Positions 8,597-18,903 of a stretch of DNA of 64,000 nucleotides are shown here, in pieces; positions within the stretch are counted from its first letter, which is position 1; every line of letters begins with the position of its first letter. A program made the translations under genes and the position numbers. Below the pieces are notes generated by a model that ran no database searches, had not been told where the DNA came from, and saw nothing but the letters and a program-made list of their open reading frames with translations. Source of the stretch: Candidatus Colimorpha pelethequi (lineage in GTDB: Bacteria; Bacteroidota; Bacteroidia; Bacteroidales; P3); the NCBI GenBank assembly GCA_018064245.1, contig JAGHVO010000004.1, forward strand, positions 42,078 to 106,077. The letters run 5' to 3'.

Positions 8597-11500
8597 TTAG
8601 AACGAGAATCGGACGGAGATGCCACCTTTGGTGGTGGAGTTGGGATAGGCGTTGGAGATGTATGGCGTGTTGATGTTCGTTTGGAAGAATACTTTCAGCG
8701 AGAGTGTGGAGGAAAGATCGTATTCGCCGGAGATTTCTGCCATCCAGACTTGGCTGCCAGAAGAAATCTGACTAATGGATTGGTTGATTTTGCGTATCTC
8801 GGTTTTGTTGCTGTTGTAGGTGAGGTTGAGCTGCAACACGATGTCGCTCTTTAGGTTGTGGGTCTTTCCTCCTGCCTTGACGTTGAACGCTACGTCCTTG
8901 AAACGGTATCCGCCGCCGAAGGTGATACCGTCTCGTGAGGTCTCTGTGAGTTGGTTGTTGGAGAAACTGAGTGCGAGGGTGCGGTTGCGTTGCAGCGAGA
9001 AATTGAACTGCAAGCTGTTTACCATGCTTACCGCGATGCGAATGAGGGGGTTGAACTGCTCGGCAATCTGTATGGCGTCGGTGCTCAGGGGGGCGATATA
9101 GTCTCCGGTATTGTTGATGATGGACTCTGCTCCGTAGTCGTAGTCGTCAACGCCCGAAATGGCGGCGTCGGTGTAGTAGTTGGCTATTGAGTAGGTGGAT
9201 TGATATTTGTGGGTGAGGGTGATGTTGGTGAACCATTTCTTGAGGAACTGTATTTTGTTGAGACCGGTGTAGTTGACTGACCAGTTGGGCAGCGGAAAAT
9301 TGAGGAAAGGTGAAAAACTGCTGCTGTTGGGGTCTTTGCCAAGATAGGTTGCCAAGAATGAGCTGAGCAATACCGTTTGGCTGTTGGCACTGTATCCTGC
9401 GGGGTAGTAGTCGCCAATTACGGTGTCTTGCACCATATCGTGACAGTATGGGTCGGGATTCATCTTGGCAAGGCGGTTTGCAATGATCATCCGGTTGCTG
9501 AGGAATTGTTGGAAAAGTTTCTCTTTGTTGGAGAAGGCTGTTCCGAGACTCCATGTGGTTGTAGTGTAGCTTCCAGTGGTGATGGCCGATAGCGGACCCT
9601 CTACGCGATCCCATTCGGAGAGGTATTTGTAATAGTATTCATCTCTTGATGAGTAGTTCTGGGAGCAGGTTACGTCAATCTTGAAGTCGCGTATTGGTTC
9701 CAATGTGGCTTGGAGCGAGAATGTCTGGTTGAAGGTATTCTCGTGTGCGTCGTTGAAGAGCGTGTCGCGCGAAAGCAGGTCGTTGCGTAGCAGATATTCC
9801 GCAGCCTCGTTGGTGCGGATGCCCAGCAGATAGTTGACGCCGGGTGTCCAGAAATTGGTCGGGTCAAGACCCACAATGGTGGCTTCTCCCATATAGCCGG
9901 GCAGTCTGTTGCCTGTGGTAAGCGAGTATTGTGCGTTGGCGGTCTTGAGGCAGGTGACAAATCGGATTGAAAAATCACGTATGGCGCGCAATTTCTCGAG
10001 CAACGCCTCATGCTTCAGCGAGTCGGCCATGGCTATGGAGTCTTGTTTTGTAAGAGGCTTCGGATTTTTCACGTTTTTGGGATTTCCTCTCGTCTTGGAT
10101 GCAGTAGTCTTCTTGTTGCCGGCGTTGTGTGCGTTGCGAATGAAAGGTATCTTATTGTAGAGAGTCTGCATGTTGGCGTTGGCGGTGCCTTGCAGTGTCA
10201 TGCTGTTGCTGAGGGTGCTGCCTTGGCTGGCAAGTGCTTGTGTGGTACCAAGATAGTTGTAGGTTGTCCGGTAAGTGATGGGAACTTTCAGGAAATCTAG
10301 ATAGGGCAGTTTGTTGATGGGAGGGTTCCATGTGGCGCTAAGTACCTGCTGGAAGTTCTGCATGGTTCCTCCTCCCATGATGGAATGCCAGATGGAGTCG
10401 TGCGAACCTTCCGATCCAAGCGGTCCGATGGGTTCGTCGATGCGGGCGTTGGCGTTGGCGGTATATTGAAGTTGCAGGTTGCTGGTAAGGTCGTAGTTCA
10501 CACCATAGTTCCGTTGCCATGTAAATTGTTTGAAATAGGTTGGCTTGGTAATCACCAATGCGGTGCCTTTGTTGCGCATCATGGTTTCTTCGTAGTCGCG
10601 AAAGACCTCCGTGCTGAAATTGATGTTCTTGGGTTGATAGAAGAGGTTGAGGTCGCGGAAGAACTTGAGGTTTTTGTTTTGGAACGCCTTCTTTTTGAAG
10701 AACGGTCGCCATTGTTTGGGTTGCGCGACGGCGAAATTGTAGTTCAAGCTTCCTCGGTGCTGGTCTTTGTTGTAGTATTGCAAGTCTTCGTCGCTTTGCC
10801 GTTCGCGGCTGTAGGCGTAAGAGAACGCAAAGTTCTCGATGTCGTAGAAATGGCTTTCAAGCGCTTTCTCGCCCACACGGTCTTTGCGTATGTTGGTGAG
10901 CGTGAGATTGGTGGCCGACCTGCGCTCTTGGGTCATCAATTTGACGCTGTCTCGTTCGGCCTTGGTCTGATAGGTCTGGAGGTCTTCTTTCAGGATTACG
11001 TCGGGGTCGAGTGGGTTGTACTCAGGACTTCCGATATTGGTGGTGTGGTCGATGTAGAAGGGTATGCGCACTCCCCAGTTCTCGGGAAGGAACTTGCCCA
11101 ACTCCATATCCAGGGAGGCTTGCAGTTGCAGTTGGTTTTTCAGTTCCAGCGTGGTCAGCTTGTCTTCCAGATTGCCGTAGCCCGCCGTGGTGTAGGAACC
11201 ATAGAGGGACAGGTTGCCGAGGTCTGCGAGATTCGTTCTCGCCAAGGCCATTGCAGCCCAGCCACCACGGTTGTTGTAGTCGCAGAGTCGCAACTCGTTC
11301 ACCCACAGCAATGCTGACTTTGGCAGCATGTCGTTCCCGTCGTCGAGAGTCTCCTTTCGGGGATTGCGTACGCCAATCATGATGACTTTCACCTTGCCGA
11401 GGTTTGGCGTACCCAAGACTGTGTATTTGCGGTTGTCTATGTATTCGTAGTAGAGCTGTGTGCCGCTCAGCGTGGCGTCACCGCTGCGGATTTTTCGGTT

Positions 11501-14500
11501 ACGGTTGGCTTTGATTTCTACCAGTTTCTGAAGGTCGATTTCAACGTTGTTGTCTTCAGGCCAGATGCTATAGGGATCATCGACACTTGTGTGCCACGGC
11601 GTGAGTTTGAGTGGAACTTCGTATTCGTAGTAGTTGTTGTTGTAGTCCGAGCCCAGTCGTACAAAGAGACGGAGGTCGTCGTCGCGGAGGTTGTCTGTCT
11701 CGAATTGTTTTTCGGCATGGACGAACATCTTGATCTTTCCGTAATAGCGTAGGTCGTATTGCGAGTTGCGATATACGGCGCGGGCATCGCCCTGGGAAAG
11801 ATTGGTGATTTCCAATGCCAAAGCCTGCTCGTTCATCTGGGTTGACGAGGAGGTTGTGTACCATTCTTCACGTTGGATTCCGGGAGGCAGCACATAGGGA
11901 ACGGGCTCGCGGGCGCCGTTTTCTTCAATGTTTACTGTAGAAATCGAGAAACTGGTGTTGGCGTCGGTGCCGGTGGCATAGTCGCCGGGCTGCAGCAGAC
12001 TTTCGGAATATTTTCTCCAGGTGGCGTAAACCAACTCCAAGGTGGCGAAACGAAGAATGATGGGCTTGTCGAACTCGTTGAGGAACATACGCATGAATCG
12101 AATCGACTGGAAACCGTTGATGTTGCCTACCTTCTTGTCGGGCTCGCGGATGGGTATTCTGAATTGATACCATTTGCAGGATGTGACCTCTCCGTTGGCG
12201 AGTTGGATGCCTGTGGCTTCTTGAATATCAACGATATGGTTCTCGCCAATGTTCATGTGGGCGGGGTCGAGGTTGATTACATATTGATAGTAGTTTTCCG
12301 CCTCGCTCAAGGTGTTGTCTTTGTTGATGTCCTCGACGTTGGGGAGCGTGGAGGCCGCTGTTGAGTAGCTTTCTTCGTTGTCGTCGTCAACGGGAGAGTT
12401 TCCTTCGGGGTTGTTGTAGTATTTGTATCGGTCGTTGATTTTGACGTCCTGCTCGTCGTAGTAGCTGCTTCTGTAGTAGCGGAAATCGTCGCTGCTGGGG
12501 TCGGTGAGGGCTTGCTGGTAGGCGTTGCTGGATGTGCCGTGGGTCAGTTCGATGCGTTGCAGGTAGTCGCTGAAGAACGACTGCTCGTCTTGCGAGCCGT
12601 GTGTGCTGCTCAGTCCGTCGTAGCCGATGTCTTGGTACTTGCGTGCCGATGCGTCGTTGTCGAAGGCGTTGACGATGGGTTGCGTAGTGGGCACGCGACC
12701 CCAAATCGTGGTATCGACATTGATGACCTCCTCGCTGGCGGGTAGTCCGTTTTCGAAACTCTTCCTACCGTCGCGCAGAATGTCTTCGCTGATGTCGCCT
12801 AGGTTGAAATACAGTTTTCCGCCCGTGTGGTTCGAATCTTCGATGAAAGGATCCATCAGCCAGAATTCGATGGTCTCGATGTTCTGGGTCTCGAAATCGG
12901 TGTATTCCATCTTGCGCATGATGCCGCCCCAACGCGACTGTGGGTTGAGCAACTTTCCGTCGGCGTCGGTGCCGGCGCTGTATTGAGTTGGTTCTACGTC
13001 GTAGTTGTAAGGACCGCGTTCTTCTGGGTAATAGGCCAGGTTCAGTTCGTAGATGTTGGTGGGCATGCCGGCGGCGCGACTCTTGTTGGGGAATACTTCC
13101 TGCTCGTAGATTCGGCGTGCGTAGGGCTTTGAACGGTCGTCATCGGTGATATTCTCTGGACTGTTGTTTTCGTAGAAAAGGTTGTCGATGCGATACCATG
13201 CCAGTCGGGCGCGGTTGTATCCGTAGGCGAGTCCCGAACCGGTGCGCGTCTCGGGGAACATGGGCAGACTGCTCTGCCAGTCTTGCGGCGTGCTTGCCAA
13301 AAACCACGAACCTACGCCTTTGAGGTCGATGCTGCTTTCGGCGCCTTCAAAGTCGTCGATATAGGAGGATGATTCTTCGCCTACCTTCGACATTCCGGGA
13401 ATGAAGTGGGCGAATTCGGCCGAGAGGGTGAGCGTGGATGGCGCTTTGGTTTCGATGCCGGGCAGCCAGTCGATCATCTTTGTGATGAAAGGCGCTTCGT
13501 GACGGTAGTTCAGGTCCAAACCCCAGATGGTGTTGCTGGTGGGCTCTTCGCCGAAGTTGTTTTTCTGGGTAAGCGGCTTTTCGTAGAGGTTCATCACCGT
13601 GGCGCCTACGTTGAAGTCTTTTTCTATCTCGTAGTTGAGGTGAAGTCCCATCATACGCTTGGTCATCATGCTGAACGAGTTGTTCTCGGAACTTACGCTG
13701 ATGGGTGTTCCGCTGCTGAGGATGCTTTCGTTGATGATGCGCACTGTACCCATGGTGTAGTCCACGGTGTAGTCCACGTTCTCTATCAACGGCATGCCTC
13801 CCGCCGTGACGCTGACGCTTCCTTGCGTGACACTGTATCCAAGTGAAATTTCGCCGCTTACCGAACTGGTGAAGTAGCCTTCAAGATAGAACTTGTTCTT
13901 GTCGGCATATTGCCGTGCCAAGGTCTGCGTCATGGTGTAGAGCGAGTCGAAGCAGTATTTGTTCGCCAGTCGCTCGTCGCCAAGTATCTCTCTGAGGTCT
14001 TTGCCGAAGGGCTCTACTGTGGGGAAGAAGATGCGTCCTGTGGTGGATTGTATCGTGCCGCCTTTGTAGGCTGCACTGTCGAACCAGTCGAAAACACCAT
14101 CGGCATAGTAATAGTTCTGAGATGCATCCATGCGGTCGAGGCCGAAGACTTCCACCAAAGGCAGTCCCTCTTTGGAACCTTCCGTGAAGTAACCGATGCC
14201 CACGCCGCCTTCGGGACTTTCATAGAGTAGGTTCAGACGGAAGTTCTCTGGGCTGATTTGGGTGCTTTTCAGAAAATAGACGTTCTTCATCATCAAGCGC
14301 CACAAAGGACCGTGGGTGTTGGTTGCGGTGCTTTTCAAAAGTTTTACGACCAATGTGTTGGGGTCGTTGATGCCGTCGGTGGTCAATTCGCCTACTTGAT
14401 AGACGGTGGTGTCGCCGATGATTTGGTATTGGAACGCCACGGCAAGCATCTGGTCGCTGCTCAACGGTTGCGTGAGGGAGATGAAACCCAGTTGGCTGTT

Positions 14501-15703
14501 GAATGTATATTCGTTGCTGTTCAGCAACCGTGCACTCTCGATTTTCTCGTAGTCGGTGCCGCTCACCATTCCCAGTCCTTGCATGTAGCTGGTAATGTTG
14601 TTTACGCTGCGTATGGCGTTGACATTGATTAAGTTCAGTAGGTTGTTGGCGTTCATTGACGGACGTTCCGATCCGTAGCCTATCACATGGCTATTGGAAG
14701 GATTGCGCTCGCCCAAATCGGTCAAGGCTAGCAGGTTGCGGTTGTTGGTGACGGCGGCGCCTACGTTGGTGCGCCAAACCTCGAGGCGGATGATCTTGAT
14801 GTTGGTGTTTACGGTGGGCAAAGTGCTCATCGCTTTGTTGTAGTTGTCGTAGAAATATTGTGCGAGAAAATAGTGTCGGTCGGCTTCGTATTCGTCGGCG
14901 CGGATTTCAAATTCCTGCGCACTGGCGCCGCCCTTGACTTGCAGGTTCTCGGTGCTGGTCTCCTTTTGACTGAAAACGGCGTCAACGGTCAACTTGCCGA
15001 ATTTCATCTTCGTGTGGGCTCCGAATAGTTGCTGACTTCCTTTGATCAAGGTGGTGTTTAACGGGAAGGAGATGTCGCCCACTTCTGCCAACTGAAGGAT
15101 TTCATCTTCCTTGCCTTCGTATTTCAGTTTCAGCTTGTTCTCAAAGTCAAAAGTGGCTTGCGTGTTCCAGTTGAAGTCAAAATCTACCAAGTCGCCGATT
15201 TTTACGTTCATGCTTACTTGGATGTTTTCGTCGAAGTCGAAGGTTGTCTGACTGCGTTTGTTCTGGTCTCTGGCGGGGTCGTCGCGATAGTTGTTCACCA
15301 GCTGGAAGGTCAGTTCGGCGCTACCTGTGGGGTTGATCTCAATCTTGGGGATTTCTCCGAGTTTCTTTATCTTGTCGCTGATGGCGTTAAAGCCTGGAAT
15401 GTTGTCTAAGAACCCCAATGCACCGCCACCTTGGTTGCCTTGTCTGCTTTTCTCGTCCCAGTACTTGTCCATCAACTTGTCCATCTTCCAGTTCTGGTAT
15501 TCGTCGAAGGTCATGCTGGAACGCTCAATCACAATGTCGCCGATTTTTCGCACATGCACATATTCGTTGCGCTTGGTGTCGTATTCTACCGTGTCGGTCA
15601 TGTTCGACGGCGTGTAGCCTGTTCCCCACGACTGCCAGTTGGAAGACGTTTCGGGAGTCTGCGACCATGCGTATTGCATAGACACGACTGCCAAAAGCAG
15701 CAT
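8597..15703 (-). CDS. sprA: T9SS outer-membrane translocon SprA/Sov
   Basis: 2368-aa single ORF with a beta-rich C-terminus ending ...GGISVRFSF. Size, composition and the ruvA-adjacent position are typical of Bacteroidota SprA. Confidence 0.88.
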   Translation of the reverse strand: MLLLAVVSMQYAWSQTPETSSNWQSWGTGYTPSNMTDTVEYDTKRNEYVHVRKIGDIVIERSSMTFDEYQNWKMDKLMDKYWDEKSRQGNQGGGALGFLDNIPGFNAISDKIKKLGEIPKIEINPTGSAELTFQLVNNYRDDPARDQNKRSQTTFDFDENIQVSMNVKIGDLVDFDFNWNTQATFDFENKLKLKYEGKEDEILQLAEVGDISFPLNTTLIKGSQQLFGAHTKMKFGKLTVDAVFSQKETSTENLQVKGGASAQEFEIRADEYEADRHYFLAQYFYDNYNKAMSTLPTVNTNIKIIRLEVWRTNVGAAVTNNRNLLALTDLGERNPSNSHVIGYGSERPSMNANNLLNLINVNAIRSVNNITSYMQGLGMVSGTDYEKIESARLLNSNEYTFNSQLGFISLTQPLSSDQMLAVAFQYQIIGDTTVYQVGELTTDGINDPNTLVVKLLKSTATNTHGPLWRLMMKNVYFLKSTQISPENFRLNLLYESPEGGVGIGYFTEGSKEGLPLVEVFGLDRMDASQNYYYADGVFDWFDSAAYKGGTIQSTTGRIFFPTVEPFGKDLREILGDERLANKYCFDSLYTMTQTLARQYADKNKFYLEGYFTSSVSGEISLGYSVTQGSVSVTAGGMPLIENVDYTVDYTMGTVRIINESILSSGTPISVSSENNSFSMMTKRMMGLHLNYEIEKDFNVGATVMNLYEKPLTQKNNFGEEPTSNTIWGLDLNYRHEAPFITKMIDWLPGIETKAPSTLTLSAEFAHFIPGMSKVGEESSSYIDDFEGAESSIDLKGVGSWFLASTPQDWQSSLPMFPETRTGSGLAYGYNRARLAWYRIDNLFYENNSPENITDDDRSKPYARRIYEQEVFPNKSRAAGMPTNIYELNLAYYPEERGPYNYDVEPTQYSAGTDADGKLLNPQSRWGGIMRKMEYTDFETQNIETIEFWLMDPFIEDSNHTGGKLYFNLGDISEDILRDGRKSFENGLPASEEVINVDTTIWGRVPTTQPIVNAFDNDASARKYQDIGYDGLSSTHGSQDEQSFFSDYLQRIELTHGTSSNAYQQALTDPSSDDFRYYRSSYYDEQDVKINDRYKYYNNPEGNSPVDDDNEESYSTAASTLPNVEDINKDNTLSEAENYYQYVINLDPAHMNIGENHIVDIQEATGIQLANGEVTSCKWYQFRIPIREPDKKVGNINGFQSIRFMRMFLNEFDKPIILRFATLELVYATWRKYSESLLQPGDYATGTDANTSFSISTVNIEENGAREPVPYVLPPGIQREEWYTTSSSTQMNEQALALEITNLSQGDARAVYRNSQYDLRYYGKIKMFVHAEKQFETDNLRDDDLRLFVRLGSDYNNNYYEYEVPLKLTPWHTSVDDPYSIWPEDNNVEIDLQKLVEIKANRNRKIRSGDATLSGTQLYYEYIDNRKYTVLGTPNLGKVKVIMIGVRNPRKETLDDGNDMLPKSALLWVNELRLCDYNNRGGWAAMALARTNLADLGNLSLYGSYTTAGYGNLEDKLTTLELKNQLQLQASLDMELGKFLPENWGVRIPFYIDHTTNIGSPEYNPLDPDVILKEDLQTYQTKAERDSVKLMTQERRSATNLTLTNIRKDRVGEKALESHFYDIENFAFSYAYSRERQSDEDLQYYNKDQHRGSLNYNFAVAQPKQWRPFFKKKAFQNKNLKFFRDLNLFYQPKNINFSTEVFRDYEETMMRNKGTALVITKPTYFKQFTWQRNYGVNYDLTSNLQLQYTANANARIDEPIGPLGSEGSHDSIWHSIMGGGTMQNFQQVLSATWNPPINKLPYLDFLKVPITYRTTYNYLGTTQALASQGSTLSNSMTLQGTANANMQTLYNKIPFIRNAHNAGNKKTTASKTRGNPKNVKNPKPLTKQDSIAMADSLKHEALLEKLRAIRDFSIRFVTCLKTANAQYSLTTGNRLPGYMGEATIVGLDPTNFWTPGVNYLLGIRTNEAAEYLLRNDLLSRDTLFNDAHENTFNQTFSLQATLEPIRDFKIDVTCSQNYSSRDEYYYKYLSEWDRVEGPLSAITTGSYTTTTWSLGTAFSNKEKLFQQFLSNRMIIANRLAKMNPDPYCHDMVQDTVIGDYYPAGYSANSQTVLLSSFLATYLGKDPNSSSFSPFLNFPLPNWSVNYTGLNKIQFLKKWFTNITLTHKYQSTYSIANYYTDAAISGVDDYDYGAESIINNTGDYIAPLSTDAIQIAEQFNPLIRIAVSMVNSLQFNFSLQRNRTLALSFSNNQLTETSRDGITFGGGYRFKDVAFNVKAGGKTHNLKSDIVLQLNLTYNSNKTEIRKINQSISQISSGSQVWMAEISGEYDLSSTLSLKVFFQTNINTPYISNAYPNSTTKGGISVRFSF

Positions 15704-15739
15704 TAGAATATGGCGGAAGTTTTTGATGGTGTATGAGCT

Positions 15740-15769
15740 TTGTTGTTGATTTGTTGATTTGTTGAATCG
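15740..15769. repeat. inverted copy of the CAAATCAACA word array
   Basis: TTGTTGTTGATTTGTTGATTTGTTGAATCG lies between ruvA and sprA. Confidence 0.7.
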
Positions 15770-15813
15770 AGAAGGACGATATTCGGATATTTGTTAGTCT
15801 GACGGTTGAATAA

Positions 15814-16389
15814 TTACAGTCTTTTCAACGCTTCCTTGATGAGTTCTTCCACACTGAGAGAAGCGTCCAAACCTTGCAGCACTTTGTCGGCGGCAGCTTT
15901 CGGAAAGCCAAGCATTACCAAGGCGGAAAGGGCTTCTTCTTTGTTCGCTGTTGTGAGTACGGGCGTCGCTCCAGAGGATTTCCAGTTGCCGCCAATCTTG
16001 TCTTTGAGTTCCAAAACGATGCGTTGCGCTGTCTTGGCGCCGATGCCTTTTACTTTTTGCACGCGCTTGGCATCTTCGTTGGCGATAGACTGGCAAAGTT
16101 CTTCCACGCTCATGGAAGAGAGCATCACCCGCGCGGTTTGTGAACCTACACCATTTACGCCTATCAGCATACGAAACAGCTCTCGTTCGGCCTCTTCGCA
16201 GAATCCGTAGAGTATGTGGGCGTCTTCTCGAATCACCTCATGCACAAGCAATTTGACAATTCCTTCGCTTTTTTGCAGTTGTTCGTAGCTATAGAGCGTT
16301 ATTTCCATCAGATAACCCACGCCGCCACAGTCTATCACGGCTTGTGTGGGTTCTAGTTTTGCAAGATTTCCGGAGATGTATTCGTACAT
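15814..16389 (-). CDS. ruvA: Holliday junction branch migration protein RuvA
   Basis: 191 aa, MYEYISGNL...GGVGY N-terminal OB domain and two HhH motifs (GVGSQTA, GIGAKTAQRI). Confidence 0.95.
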   Translation of the reverse strand: MYEYISGNLAKLEPTQAVIDCGGVGYLMEITLYSYEQLQKSEGIVKLLVHEVIREDAHILYGFCEEAERELFRMLIGVNGVGSQTARVMLSSMSVEELCQSIANEDAKRVQKVKGIGAKTAQRIVLELKDKIGGNWKSSGATPVLTTANKEEALSALVMLGFPKAAADKVLQGLDASLSVEELIKEALKRL

Positions 16390-16420
16390 TTGGAGATTTG
16401 TTTAGTTAAGAGTTATCGAG

Positions 16421-17803
16421 TTACAAATCACTGTTTTGTTGCCATCCAATTCCTTGGGCTGGGGAGTTTTCTTGTAGTGTGTAGTCGTCGTTTTCGGTGT
16501 CGGCAAATAGTGGGTCTTCGTCCCATTCTCCACCTTTGACAATGCTGTGGGAGATTGTTAGTGTATGACTTACGCGGTCGTCAAGGTCTATGAGCATTTC
16601 GCCTTCGCTGTGGCTTCCGTAGATGATGCAGTCCGAAAAAGAGATTTGCATTGCGTCGTAGAGGTATTCGCTACCTTGGTAGCTGTAGTGGTTGTTGAGC
16701 ACCACGCTTGGGTTGGTGCGGGTGCTGTAGCGCCAATAGTCGGCGAAAGTGCTGTTTGCAAAGGCGTATTTCCCACCATATTGCAGCGCCAAGGTCGCAG
16801 TTCCACAGGTGTGTACCAGCACGTTGGAACCTTCTATCCATGCGGTTTGTCCCATAATGCCCGCCATGGATTGGTTGCGGATAATGGTGTTTTCAATCTT
16901 GAGGGTGGGATTGTTGTTGACATTGGTGTCGGCAAGGATGCCTACATAGCCATTCTCGATGATGGCATTGCTGATTTCGTTGTCTTTGCTGCCGGTACTC
17001 AGCCAGATGTAGCCCCATTGCCCTGGCAGTTTGTTGTAGTGGGAGTCGTGACGGATGGAGGTGAACAACACGGGCGTTTCTGCGGTGCCTTGCACCTTTA
17101 GCGTGGCACTGTCATAGACCCACAGCACAGCGTCATTGTGGAAATAAAGTTCGTCGCCGTCTTTGAGTGTCAGTGTGTTGCGACTGTCAACAACGGCATA
17201 GCCAATGATGACATGAGGCAGGTCGTGACGCCAATTGTCGCAGTCTATCACGCTGTAGCGGTAGGGATTGCCAAAAGCGTCCAAAGGATAACTGCCATCG
17301 GCGTTGCGAAGCACGTGGTCTGGATTGTGGTAGATGGCGTTGCGTCCCCAGGCCGTTAGGACAATCTGTTTCTGCGTATTGCCGTCTTGCAGCAAAATGG
17401 CGTCTTCCACAACAAAAGGCGATGTGGCGTCGTTGGGGTTGATGTTGGCGCGAACAAAAATGAAAATGCTGTCGTTGGGGAGGATGGTAACGTCGTGTTG
17501 AACCATGCTGGTGTCGCCGTCAACGTTCAACCGGAAGCGACTGTCACGACCTTCTCGAAGTGTAATGGTCTCGATTTCAACGGGGTTGTTGGAATGATTG
17601 TAAACCTTTACTTGACGCGTGATGGTGCCCATTGTCGTGAACACTGTGTCGAACGCCACCGTGTCGGTAGAGAATTCCAATCCTGCGATACCTTCTACGA
17701 GGGGGTCTTTTTGGCATGAAAACATTGATAGTCCTAACAAGCAGGAAATCAATGCGCCAAAGATGAATTTTCTATATGGAGATATACAATTGTTTTTTTT
17801 CAC
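16421..17803 (-). CDS. conserved hypothetical lipoprotein (beta-rich, possibly parallel beta-helix)
   Basis: 460 aa. Signal peptide with lipobox LSMFSC. Function not recognisable by eye. Confidence 0.7.
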   Translation of the reverse strand: MKKNNCISPYRKFIFGALISCLLGLSMFSCQKDPLVEGIAGLEFSTDTVAFDTVFTTMGTITRQVKVYNHSNNPVEIETITLREGRDSRFRLNVDGDTSMVQHDVTILPNDSIFIFVRANINPNDATSPFVVEDAILLQDGNTQKQIVLTAWGRNAIYHNPDHVLRNADGSYPLDAFGNPYRYSVIDCDNWRHDLPHVIIGYAVVDSRNTLTLKDGDELYFHNDAVLWVYDSATLKVQGTAETPVLFTSIRHDSHYNKLPGQWGYIWLSTGSKDNEISNAIIENGYVGILADTNVNNNPTLKIENTIIRNQSMAGIMGQTAWIEGSNVLVHTCGTATLALQYGGKYAFANSTFADYWRYSTRTNPSVVLNNHYSYQGSEYLYDAMQISFSDCIIYGSHSEGEMLIDLDDRVSHTLTISHSIVKGGEWDEDPLFADTENDDYTLQENSPAQGIGWQQNSDL

Positions 17804-17949
17804 TACCCAATGATTATCATATTGTTGCGTACTGCTTTCTGTTCGCGGATCACAAATCGCAGATCACGCTCTTTGATACTATAACTAATAATAAACGCAT
17901 TTTATTTGTTTTTATTATTATAGGGTAGAGAATTGACGAGATATCGTTG

Positions 17950-18780
17950 TTAAAGAATTTTTTGAATCTCGGACCAAATCCACTCGATGTGGGTGTCGTT
18001 GAGGAAACGTTTGCCGATGGAATGTTGATTTTTGCCAACAAAATAGACGCAATTGTCTGATGTTGAGAGTGCTCGTAATGCCGGCGCAACTCCTTTGACG
18101 GGTGAGCTGCAGAGTGGGCGGAAAAGGATGTCGGCCAGTCCGTCAAACCATCTACCCATCGAAATCATGTTGCTGTTTACTACGCCAGGGTCGGCCACGT
18201 TGATGTAGATGTCGGGTTTCCCCAATGATTCTTGATGTCGGTAGAGCGCAATGCTGAAAAGCAACAACGCCAGTTTTGTGTCGGCATAGGTGCCGAGTTG
18301 ACTGAAATCCTTTTTTGTTTTTTCAAAGAGTCTTTCGTCTATTTTTCCAAAACGGCAAGTAAGCGATACCATATTGACGATGTGAGCGTTGCTTTTTGTG
18401 TATGGCATCAACGTCAAGGTCAGCAATGCGGGTCCAATAAAATTGACTTGCAAGGTGTTTTCGTATCCGTCTTGCGTGAGACGGAAATCGCGGTTGATGA
18501 TGCCTGCGTTGTTGAAAATCCCGTCTAAAAGAACATTGTCGTTTTGCAGTATTTTGGCCACTTCCAAGGCGGCGCATTGTACTGATTCAAGTTGGGACAG
18601 GTCGAGCTTCAGCAATGTGAGTTGGGCGTTGGGAAACTGTTGCAGGATGGATTGCCGTGTCTTTTCTCCTTTGTCAAGGTTGCGGCAGGCCATGATGACG
18701 TGGTTGCCTTGTGCGGCGAGGCTTTTCGTGGCCTCTGAACCCATACTGCCGGAAGCGCCGGTAACGAGAAAAGTGGACAT
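17950..18780 (-). CDS. SDR family oxidoreductase
   Basis: TGASGSMG Rossmann motif near the N-terminus and a YADTK catalytic YxxxK. Confidence 0.85.
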   Translation of the reverse strand: MSTFLVTGASGSMGSEATKSLAAQGNHVIMACRNLDKGEKTRQSILQQFPNAQLTLLKLDLSQLESVQCAALEVAKILQNDNVLLDGIFNNAGIINRDFRLTQDGYENTLQVNFIGPALLTLTLMPYTKSNAHIVNMVSLTCRFGKIDERLFEKTKKDFSQLGTYADTKLALLLFSIALYRHQESLGKPDIYINVADPGVVNSNMISMGRWFDGLADILFRPLCSSPVKGVAPALRALSTSDNCVYFVGKNQHSIGKRFLNDTHIEWIWSEIQKIL

Positions 18781-18867
18781 GTGAAAAGTTTCTTAATAAT
18801 TATTGTTTATGGTATTATTGTTAACGTGGAATTTTTAGAAGTTACCTAAGGTGTAATGACCAAAAAA

Positions 18868-18903
18868 CTCAAATCAACAAATCAACAGTTCAACAACTCA
18901 ACA
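18868..18903. repeat. CAAATCAACA word array abutting a stop codon
   Basis: CTCAAATCAACAAATCAACAGTTCAACAACTCAACA ends 1 nt before the stop at 18904-18906. Confidence 0.8.

Noticed and set aside
10385-11317. 310-aa plus-strand ORF, and many 60-160-aa ORFs within 8597-15703
   Set aside because: All are embedded in or antisense to the single 2368-aa sprA frame.
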